Positions 1-8,100 of a stretch of DNA of 41,024 nucleotides are shown piece by piece. The position numbers were made by a program, and so were the translations under genes. Where the stretch lies: NCBI GenBank assembly GCA_043827405.1, contig JBDRPD010000046.1:1-41024 (forward strand). The letters run 5' to 3'. The DNA is from Elusimicrobiota bacterium. Its GTDB lineage: Bacteria > Elusimicrobiota > Elusimicrobia > UBA1565. How positions within the stretch are numbered: position 1 is the first letter of the stretch; each line of letters starts with the position of its first letter. Under the pieces are notes generated by a model. It saw nothing but the letters and a program-made list of their open reading frames with translations, ran no database searches and had not been told where the DNA came from.

Positions 1-87
1 CTCGTGCTCAATTTCCAGGCCGAAGCCGAGGGCGTGGCCGTCGATTCGATCGTCGATAAGCTCCTGTTGGAGCTGGAAGTCGTCTGA
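1..87 (+). CDS. MoxR-family AAA+ ATPase, C-terminal fragment (5' truncated)
   Basis: Frame 1 reads LVLNFQAEAEGVAVDSIVDKLLLELEVV*, typical of the MoxR lid C-terminus, and lies directly upstream of DUF58/BatA genes. Confidence 0.8.
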   Translation, partial: LVLNFQAEAEGVAVDSIVDKLLLELEVV

Positions 88-102
88 GCCCGCCTTACTG
101 CG

Positions 103-990
103 ATGCGGTATCTGGATTCCGTCGCGCTGGCCCGCCTTAAGAACATGCGCTTCGACCTCCGCCGCCACTTGGCGGAGGGGCACCTGACCGGGCGGCACAA
201 CAGCTCGAACCGCGGCTTCTCGCAGGAGTTCGCCCAGCACCGAGCCTACGCGCTCGGCGATGAGCTCAAGCATCTGGACTGGAAAGTCTACGCCCGCAAG
301 GACCGTTTTTTCGTCAAGGAATTTCAGGAGGAGAAAAGCCTCAAAACCTAGATCCTCGTCGATGCTTCGGGCTCGATGGGCCTGCGCGTACCCCCCCGTG
401 CGGCGAAATGGGAGCACGGCTGCCGGCTGGCCATGGCAATGTCCTACCTGGTGCTCAGCCAGGGAGACGCCGCGGGCCTGGTAACCTTCGACGCCGACAT
501 CCGCGACTTCATCGCGCCGCGCCAAAGCCTCTCGCATTTGGAGCTGATGGACGAGGCGCTTGATAAGGCGGTGCCCGGCGGCGAGACCGATCTCGGCGGC
601 ACGCTGGCGCGGGTCGTGGGCTCGATCCCCCGGCGCTCGCTGATCATCCTGGTATCGGACCTGCTCGGCGATGCCGGCCGAATCCTGGAGACCGTGCGGG
701 CTTTTCGCGCGCGCAAGCACCGCATTCTCGTGCTGCAGGTTCTTGATCCGCTGGAGCGCGACCTGGATATCGACGGACCGGTACGCTTCACGGCGCTCGA
801 GGACGGCGGCGAGCTGCGCTGCGAGGTCGCGCTGCTGCGCCGCGCCTATCAGGAGGCGTTCACGCGCCAGCAGCGGCTCTATCAGGCTTCGTTTCAGGGC
901 AGCGGAGTCTATTACGACACTTTTTATACGGACGAACCTTGGGACAAGGGGCTGACGCGCTTTCTGGCGCTGCAGAACACGCTCGGTTAG
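103..990 (+). pseudogene. DUF58 (VWA-like, MoxR-associated) gene interrupted by in-frame TAG at 349-351
   Basis: ORFs 103-351 and 376-990 share a frame. DUF58 motifs EFAQHRAY..GDELKHLDWKVYAR..FFVKEF continue across the stop as EKSLKT*ILVDASGSM; later LVSDLL and VLDPLE. Confidence 0.8.
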
Positions 991-3813
991 ATGTTCTCTT
1001 TTCTAAATCCTGGTCTGCTGTGGGCGCTGCCGCTGGCGGCGGCGCCGATCCTGCTGCATCTTTTCTTCCTGCGGCGGGCGCGCCGGGTGCCGTTCAGCGA
1101 TCTGACGCTGCTGCGCGCGGTTTTCGCCCAATCCCGGCCCGCGAGCCGGCTCAAGCAGTGGCTGCTGCTGCTGCTGCGCTGCGGGCTGATCGCCTGCCTG
1201 ATTATCGCCTTCGCGCGTCCCCTGATCCATCCTGACGCCGCGCTTAAAGGCGGCTCCGAGCGCGGCCTTGATCTGGTGCTGCTGGTAGATACCTCGTGGT
1301 CGATGCACGCGGTGCTGCGCGGAAAAAGCCGGCTCAGCTGGGCGGCCGCCGCGGGAGAGAAGCTGCTGGAGCTGCTGCGCCCGGTCGATCGCGCGGCGGT
1401 AGCGGGTTTCTCCGATCGCCTGGAAGGCGAGCTGGCGTGGGCGGACGGCTCCGCCGGCGCCCGGGAGCTGCTAAGACGGCAGCGGGCGGGCGCCCGCACC
1501 ACCGACGTGGGCGCGGCGTTTAAGGGCGCATATGCCTTCCTGAAGCGGCAGCGGCAGCCGGACGGTCCGCCGCGTCAGCGCATCATCGTCGTCTTGACGG
1601 ACGGGGCGGAGCACTTGTTTCGACGCATGCCGGCCGGCGGACTCAAGGACGTCGCGGGCTACGATCCCGAGGTGCGGCTGATCGGCCTGCGTTGGGACGA
1701 GCGAACGGACAACGGCGGCATCGCGGAGGTGCAGCCGGCACGGTCGGCGGACTCCGCTAACGATGACCGCGGCGAGCTGCGGGTGCGCGCCGCCTTATAC
1801 GGCCAGGAGCGCGAAGCCTGGAATATCGATATGTTCCTGCAGGGCGTGCGCGCCGATCAGCGCAGCTTGCGGCTCGCGCCGGACTCTTCGCTGACGGCGG
1901 CTTTTCGTCTCCCGGCGTCCCGCGGCGGCGAGCAGTGGGGACGCTTCGAGATGCGGAGCGATGCCCTGAGTATCGACGACAGCTACTATTTCTCGCTGCG
2001 CGTTCAGCCCAAACCCAAAGTCCTGCTGCTCTACGGGAGTCCGAACTACTTGGAGGCGGGGCAGGGAGGCTACTTCATTCGCAAGCTCATCAGCGAAGGC
2101 GAGGAACTGCCCTACCGGCTGGATCTCGCCGACCTGGGCCGCCTGAGCCGGCTCCGGCTTGATGACTACAGCGCCGTGCTGCTGACTGATTTCAAGGAGC
2201 TCGGCGAAGGAGTGCCGGAGACGCTCACGCGCTATGTCGCGCGCGGCGGCGGGCTCTGGGTGGTCGCCGGCACCCGCGCCGAACCGGCCGCCTATGCGCG
2301 GCTGGCGCGGCTCCTTCCGGGAAGCATCGGCGGCGAGCGGGTGCGCGGCGGCAGCGCCGCCGCGCTGCGCCCGGACGACGCGGTCATCGCGCCGGAGCTC
2401 AAGCCGGAGGGCTTCGCGTGGAGCGATTTCGAGCTCAATCGCGTAACGATCGAGCGCAGCTACGAGCTGGTTCCCCGGCCGGACGCCCAGGTATGGTTCC
2501 GCAGCGCCGCCGGAGACCCGCTGCTGCTGGCGGGGAGCTTCGGCCGCGGACGCGTTCTGCTGTGGGGCTCGGCCCTGGACATCCGCTGGACGAACCTGGC
2601 GCTTAAGCCCGTTTTTGCCGCTTGGCTCGACGTGGGACTGCGCTATCTGACGCGGTATTCGGATCGGCTGCAGTGGCGTACGCTGCATGTCGATGAGCCG
2701 ATCGTGCGCGTCTGGGGAGGCGGTGAAAACGTCCCGCCGAAGGTCCAACTGCGCGGACCGGATGGGCGGCGCACCACGCTATTGGTGCATGAGCGGCAGG
2801 TTTCGTACCCGGATACCCGGACGCCCGGCCTGTACTACCTGCAGGCCGCCGTTGAAGGCGCCCCGGTGGAGGCGTACGCGGTCAACGTGGACCGCAGCGG
2901 CCCCGAAGGGGACCTTACCCCCGCGCGGGACGCTCCGTGGCTCGGGCTGCGTCCGGAGGCGGCGCAGGAGGACTTTCTGCGTTCGGTGTACGGCCGTGAA
3001 GTGCGTACGGGCGCACTGGCCCTGGCCCTCCTCATTCTCTTTCTGGAGCTGCTGCTGTCGCGGCCGCGCAAGTTCACGGCCGCCCTGCTGCTGCTGCTGG
3101 GGCTGTGCGCGTGGGGCTCTCCCGCCGCCGCGCAGGAAGGCGACCGCTTCGTATGGTCGCAGCTCGGCTATACCGGCGCCTGGGACCCTTATCCGAACGT
3201 GCACAGCGAGGTATTGAACTTCGTCACGCAGGTGACCAGCGTGATCGTGGCGCCGGAGCGGCGCGTCCTCCGGCTGAAGGACGGCACCTTGTTCTCTTCC
3301 CCGTTCGTGGTTCTCAGCGGCAAGCAGGCGCCGCCGGAGCTCGACGCGGAGGAGATCGGCTTTCTCAGGGATTATCTGACCTCGGGCGGCTTCCTCTGGA
3401 TAGAGGACGCGGCGGGAACCGCCGCCAGTCCCTTCGACCGCTGGGTGCGGCGAACGCTGGCCAAGGTGCTGCCCGATTCCGACCTCAAGCCTTTGCCTTC
3501 GTCGCATGTGCTGTTCAAGACATTTTTTCTCCTGCGGCGCATCGGCGGCCGCGTCATGATCTCCGGCTCGGTTGAAGGCGCCGACTGGGCCGGGAAGACC
3601 GTCGTCGTCTATTCGCATAACGACCTGCTCGGCGCTTGGGCCAAAGATCCCTTGGGCAAGTTTCTCTACGAGTGCGTGCCCGGGGGCGAAGCGCAGAGGA
3701 TGGAAGCCCGCAAGCTAAGCCTCAACATCATTATGTACGCGCTCACCGGCTCCTACAAGGCCGACGCGGTGCATCAGCCGTTCATCCTGCAAAAGATGCG
3801 GCAGCCGCAATGA
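991..3813 (+). CDS. BatA N-terminal + VWA + GATase-like + DUF4159 fusion membrane protein
   Basis: N-terminal FSFLNP.LLWALP..PILLHL...F (BatA), MIDAS-like LVDTSWSM and VLTDG, YVARGGGLWV, C-terminal DUF4159-like LRDYLTSGGFLWIED...NIIMYALTGSYKADAVH. Confidence 0.85.
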   Translation: MFSFLNPGLLWALPLAAAPILLHLFFLRRARRVPFSDLTLLRAVFAQSRPASRLKQWLLLLLRCGLIACLIIAFARPLIHPDAALKGGSERGLDLVLLVDTSWSMHAVLRGKSRLSWAAAAGEKLLELLRPVDRAAVAGFSDRLEGELAWADGSAGARELLRRQRAGARTTDVGAAFKGAYAFLKRQRQPDGPPRQRIIVVLTDGAEHLFRRMPAGGLKDVAGYDPEVRLIGLRWDERTDNGGIAEVQPARSADSANDDRGELRVRAALYGQEREAWNIDMFLQGVRADQRSLRLAPDSSLTAAFRLPASRGGEQWGRFEMRSDALSIDDSYYFSLRVQPKPKVLLLYGSPNYLEAGQGGYFIRKLISEGEELPYRLDLADLGRLSRLRLDDYSAVLLTDFKELGEGVPETLTRYVARGGGLWVVAGTRAEPAAYARLARLLPGSIGGERVRGGSAAALRPDDAVIAPELKPEGFAWSDFELNRVTIERSYELVPRPDAQVWFRSAAGDPLLLAGSFGRGRVLLWGSALDIRWTNLALKPVFAAWLDVGLRYLTRYSDRLQWRTLHVDEPIVRVWGGGENVPPKVQLRGPDGRRTTLLVHERQVSYPDTRTPGLYYLQAAVEGAPVEAYAVNVDRSGPEGDLTPARDAPWLGLRPEAAQEDFLRSVYGREVRTGALALALLILFLELLLSRPRKFTAALLLLLGLCAWGSPAAAQEGDRFVWSQLGYTGAWDPYPNVHSEVLNFVTQVTSVIVAPERRVLRLKDGTLFSSPFVVLSGKQAPPELDAEEIGFLRDYLTSGGFLWIEDAAGTAASPFDRWVRRTLAKVLPDSDLKPLPSSHVLFKTFFLLRRIGGRVMISGSVEGADWAGKTVVVYSHNDLLGAWAKDPLGKFLYECVPGGEAQRMEARKLSLNIIMYALTGSYKADAVHQPFILQKMRQPQ

Positions 3814-6020
3814 ACCTGCGTTTCGTTCTCGATTCCGGCGCGGCCGAATGGCTGCTGGCCGCCGGCGGGACGGCGGCGTTCCTTATGCTGCGGCCGTTGA
3901 CCCGGGGTCTGCCGCGCCCGGTTCTCGCGCTGCGTGCGGCGGCGCTGCTGCTGCTGCTGGGGTCGCTGCTCAAACCGAGCGTGCACCGGCTGCAGGATCA
4001 GCTCGCCCGGCCCCGCCTGGGCATCCTCGTCGATCAGGGACCGAGCATGAACGCCGATGACGACCAGGGGCGTTCCCGTCTGGAGCGGGCGCGGCGCTGG
4101 CTGCGGGCCGGCCGCGCGGACCTGGAGGAGCGCGCCGAGGTTACTCTCCTCGCCGCCTCCGGCGGGGTGCGCCGGCTGTCCTGGGACGAGCTGGACGCGC
4201 TGGAGACCGCGCCGCAGGCGCTCGATCCTGCTTCGGCGTTTTCCGATCTCCTCGGCTCCGGCGCGCCCGCCTCCCGGCTATGGCTGCTCTCCGACGGCGC
4301 TTTTGCCCGCGGCGACGCCCTGTCGACGGTGCTGGCCCGGCTCAATACGCCGGTCGACACGCTGGGCATCGGTCCGCTCCGTACCCGCCGATCCGTTTCC
4401 GTCGCCGGCATCACCTCGCCGGACTTCGTCTTCATTCACCGCCGCTTCGACGCCGCGGTCGCGGTCGAGACGCATAAGCTGCAGGGAGGCAGCGTCCAGG
4501 TGCGCTTGTACCGGGGACAGGAGCGGCTGGCCGAGAAGAAGCTTGCGGTGCTCCAGCCCTATGAGGTCGTCAATGCGACATTTAACATCACCGCGCAGGC
4601 GCTGGGACGGCAGGACTACCGGCTGGAGATTATCGGGACACCGGCGGAGGCCGGCGAGCAGAGCGTCCGCATGGGACGCGAGTTCGGGGTGGAGGTTATC
4701 CGGCAGAAATACCGCATCATGTACCTGGCGGGACGTCCCAGCCCCGAGTACTCTCACCTGCGGGCGCATCTCAAGTCGGAACCGAACCACGAGCTGGTAT
4801 CCTTCGTCATCCTGCGCAATCCGGAGAACGTGAGCCCCGTCGGCGACAACGAGCTGTCGCTGATTCCGTTTCCGGCGACGGAGATCTTCGTCACCAGCCT
4901 CTTCGAGTTCGATCTCTTCATTCTGGAGAACTTCGCCTACTGGCGCTTCAACCTGCCGGTGGGCTACCTGCAGAATCTCAAGCGCTTCGTCGCCCAAGGC
5001 GGAGCGCTGCTGGTGATCGGCGGCTCCAACGCCTTCGCCCAGGGCGGCTATCGGGGAACGCCGCTGGAGGAGACGCTGCCGGTCACCTTATGGTCCAACG
5101 GAGACGATTTCATCCCGGGGCTCTACTCTCCGGAGGTCGCCGCCCCGGAGAACCCGCTCCTCCAGCTGGGAGCCTCCGCGGCGGAGACGGAGGCGCTGTG
5201 GAAGGCGCTGCCGCCGCTGGATGGTTTCAGCCGGTTCGCTTCGGTACGGCCGAAGGCGAGCGTGCTGCTGGCGCACCCTTCCGAGAAGACCTCTGCCGGC
5301 CAGCCGCTGCCGGTCGTCGCCGTGCAGGAGTACGGCAAGGGCAAGGTCATGCTGGTGGGGACCGATTCCACCTGGCGCTGGAAGCTGGGCGGCGGACGCG
5401 ACTGGAGGGTGTCGTCCTTCTACGGCCGTTTTTGGAACCGCGCGGTGCAGTATTTGACGGGAAGCTTGGAGCTCAAAAAAGTGAAGTTCAGCCCGCTGCC
5501 GGATCGCATGCCCGCCCGCGAACCGGCGGTGCTGACGGTGCATGTTTTCGATCAGCATTTCCGGCCGGTCCCCGGCGCCGATATCGACCTCCGGGTGGCA
5601 TGGACGACTCCGCTCGCGGCCGACGGGCAAAGAACGCCGGCGTTCTTCGAGGTCGAGCCGGGCGTCTTTCAGATTGAGCTCAACGATCTGCGTGACGGGC
5701 GGCATAAGGTCCGCGCCGTCGTGAGCTATCGCGGGCAGCACTGGGGCGAGGACTCCGTCTCCTTCCTGTGGGAGAAAGCCAAAGGCGCCGCGCCGCTCAA
5801 CCGCAAGAACCTAAAGGCCATCTCCGACGAGACCGCGGGGCGATATGCGGACCTGGAGCGCACCGATATCGGCGCCTTGATGGACTCCCTGCCGCCCGTC
5901 CGGCGCCGCAAAACCGTGCTGAGCAGAAGCGCCGTCTGGACGTGGAACGGCTGGCTGTGGCTGCTGTGCGGCGTCCTGCTCGCCGAATGGCTGATCCGCA
6001 GGAGGCGCGGCTATCTTTAG
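3810..6020 (+). CDS. Membrane protein with VWA-like and glutamine-amidotransferase-like (DUF1355/GATase1-like) domains
   Basis: Start placed at ATG 3810 (ATGA overlap with upstream stop). Motifs LLSDG, ELSLIPFP, FVAQGGALLVIGG, TDSTWRW, C-terminal TM + EWLIRRRRGYL, typical of MoxR/BatA operons. Confidence 0.8.
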   Translation: MNLRFVLDSGAAEWLLAAGGTAAFLMLRPLTRGLPRPVLALRAAALLLLLGSLLKPSVHRLQDQLARPRLGILVDQGPSMNADDDQGRSRLERARRWLRAGRADLEERAEVTLLAASGGVRRLSWDELDALETAPQALDPASAFSDLLGSGAPASRLWLLSDGAFARGDALSTVLARLNTPVDTLGIGPLRTRRSVSVAGITSPDFVFIHRRFDAAVAVETHKLQGGSVQVRLYRGQERLAEKKLAVLQPYEVVNATFNITAQALGRQDYRLEIIGTPAEAGEQSVRMGREFGVEVIRQKYRIMYLAGRPSPEYSHLRAHLKSEPNHELVSFVILRNPENVSPVGDNELSLIPFPATEIFVTSLFEFDLFILENFAYWRFNLPVGYLQNLKRFVAQGGALLVIGGSNAFAQGGYRGTPLEETLPVTLWSNGDDFIPGLYSPEVAAPENPLLQLGASAAETEALWKALPPLDGFSRFASVRPKASVLLAHPSEKTSAGQPLPVVAVQEYGKGKVMLVGTDSTWRWKLGGGRDWRVSSFYGRFWNRAVQYLTGSLELKKVKFSPLPDRMPAREPAVLTVHVFDQHFRPVPGADIDLRVAWTTPLAADGQRTPAFFEVEPGVFQIELNDLRDGRHKVRAVVSYRGQHWGEDSVSFLWEKAKGAAPLNRKNLKAISDETAGRYADLERTDIGALMDSLPPVRRRKTVLSRSAVWTWNGWLWLLCGVLLAEWLIRRRRGYL

Positions 6021-6084
6021 CTCCCGTCGGCTTCCCGAATCCGCCGCCGTCTTTGCCGGCTTCTGCGTCCTCGGCACGGCGTGC

Positions 6085-8100
6085 ATGAGCCCCGCGGTCA
6101 ATTTCGGCGATTCGGGCGAGCTGATCGCGGCGGCCGCGACGCTGTCGATCCCGCATGCCCCGGGCTATCCTTTGTATTCCCTGCTGGGGCATGCCGTGGG
6201 CGTGCTGCTGCCCGTCGCTACCTGGGCTTTCCGGGTGAATTTCGCTTCCGTGCTCTGCGCCGCGCTGGCGCTCGCCCTGTTCTGGGATGCCATGCGGCGC
6301 ACCGGCTTCTCGCGCCTCGCGGCGGCGGCGGGAGTGCTGTTCTTGGGGTTGAGCCCGCTGTGGCTGCATACTTCGCTGCAGGCGGAGGTCTTTGCGCTCA
6401 ACAGCCTGAGCGCGGCGGCCGCCTTTTGGGTGCTGTGCCGGTACCCCGAACGCTTTTTCGACCCCCGGCCGATGGCCGCGCTCGGGCTCGTCCTGGGGCT
6501 CGGCGGAGCGAATCATCATACGCTCATCCTCATCGTGCCGGGGCTGCTGATCGCCGGAGCGATGGGAGCGAAGCCGACGGCGGGGACGGCGGTGCGCGCC
6601 GCCGCGTATTTGCTGCTGTTCGCGCTGTTGGGCTTGGCGGTCTATCTCTATCTGCCGCTGCGGGCGCGGCGGTTTCCGCCTCTGGATTGGGGCCATCCGG
6701 TCGACTTCGGGAGCTTTCTGCATGTGCTGCTGCGCCGCGACTACGGCTCGTTCTCCCTGACCATTGAGGGAGCTCAGCAGGGGCGTATCGCCGGAATCTT
6801 CTCCCAGACCGGACGGTACCTGCTGGAGCTCTATCGGGGCTTCGGGCCCGTCGGTGCCGGCCTGGCCGTGTTCGGGCTGGCGGCCTGGCTGCGCGACGAG
6901 AAGGCGCGGCGGCGGCCGGCCGGGATTTGCGCGCTGCTTACGGCGTTCTTCGCCGGGCCGTTCTTTCTGTGGCTCGGCAATCCCCCGTTCGATGCGTTGA
7001 CGTCGGGGGCGTTGGCGCGCTTTTATCTGCTGTCCTGGTTCGGCGTCGCCTGGCTGGCGGCCTTCGGAGTTCAGCGCCTGAGCGCGGCGGGCGGCAGGGC
7101 GAGGCTGGCGGCGGCGGCTATGCTCCTGTTTCCCTGCGCCGCCGCGGCGGCGCGGGCGCCGGAATGGAACCAGCGCTGGGATCTCGCCGCGCATGATTAC
7201 GGGCGCAACGTGCTGCGTTCGCTGCCCCCCGGCGCCGCGTTCTTTATCGACGGCGGCGACGACACGTTTTATACCGCGGCGTACAACCTGCTGGCCGAAG
7301 GCCGCCGCCCCGATGTCGAACCGCATGACCGCGGCGGCCTGATCTTCCGCAGCCCTTACGGCGCGGATTTCAGGCGGCTGACTCCGGAACAGAAAGATGC
7401 CCGGCGGATACAGGTTGAAGCGGTTTATGTCCGTGCCCGGCCGACCTTATTCTCGACGCTCCGCGACAGTATATTCCCGGGCGTCCAGCTCGGACCGCGA
7501 GGCATCCTGAAGAGCGCGAATTCGACGGACCGCCGGCCGGGATTTTGGGCGCTGTATCCGCGGCGGCATGATCCGGCGTTGGCCCGGGCCCACTACCGCT
7601 ATCGCGCTCTGGTTCCGATCTATGACGTCCTGCGCGCCGCGGATGCGGCGGCCGGCGAGCGGTTCGCCGAAGGACTTATGCGGCTGCGGCTGGCGCTGGC
7701 GGCGGCTCCGGATGTAAAATGGGTACGCGAGCATACCGCCGGCCGCGCGCAATGGGCGGGCTATCATGCGGCGCGCGGCCGCGACTGGGCGCAGGCGGAA
7801 GCGGCCTACATGTTAGCCGCGGAGCTGCGGCCGCAGAGCGCGGATGTGTGGCTGAATTTGGGTGTTACCCGGGAGAAGCAGGGACGGATGGTCGAGGCGG
7901 AGCGGGCATACAGAAAAGGGCTGGAGCTGGAGCCGGATTCGTTTCAGGCCAATTACAATCTCGGTACGCTGTATTGGAACCGCCGGGAATGGGACAGCGC
8001 GGCGCGCATGTTCGAGGGCGCGCTGCGGCTGCGGCCGGAAGATGCGTCCGTCCGGAGCTATGCGGCCCGGGCGCGGCTGAAAGCGGGACGGGCGCGATGA
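6085..8100 (+). CDS. DUF2723/TMEM260-like GT-C glycosyltransferase with C-terminal TPRs (copy 1; true start probably upstream, ~6013)
   Basis: GDSGE..AAATLSIPHAPGYPLY, AEVFALN, GANHHT, YLYLPLR, DWG.P, GGDDTF; TPRs VWLNLGV and ANYNLGTLY. Confidence 0.85.
   Translation: MSPAVNFGDSGELIAAAATLSIPHAPGYPLYSLLGHAVGVLLPVATWAFRVNFASVLCAALALALFWDAMRRTGFSRLAAAAGVLFLGLSPLWLHTSLQAEVFALNSLSAAAAFWVLCRYPERFFDPRPMAALGLVLGLGGANHHTLILIVPGLLIAGAMGAKPTAGTAVRAAAYLLLFALLGLAVYLYLPLRARRFPPLDWGHPVDFGSFLHVLLRRDYGSFSLTIEGAQQGRIAGIFSQTGRYLLELYRGFGPVGAGLAVFGLAAWLRDEKARRRPAGICALLTAFFAGPFFLWLGNPPFDALTSGALARFYLLSWFGVAWLAAFGVQRLSAAGGRARLAAAAMLLFPCAAAAARAPEWNQRWDLAAHDYGRNVLRSLPPGAAFFIDGGDDTFYTAAYNLLAEGRRPDVEPHDRGGLIFRSPYGADFRRLTPEQKDARRIQVEAVYVRARPTLFSTLRDSIFPGVQLGPRGILKSANSTDRRPGFWALYPRRHDPALARAHYRYRALVPIYDVLRAADAAAGERFAEGLMRLRLALAAAPDVKWVREHTAGRAQWAGYHAARGRDWAQAEAAYMLAAELRPQSADVWLNLGVTREKQGRMVEAERAYRKGLELEPDSFQANYNLGTLYWNRREWDSAARMFEGALRLRPEDASVRSYAARARLKAGRAR

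Noticed and set aside
3636..3809. Upstream extensions of ORF-track entries 3636-6020, 7719-10238, 11474-12937, 24252-25049 and 38787-39536
   Set aside because: They overlap real upstream genes; downstream starts with ATGA/GTGA coupling or an SD are more plausible.
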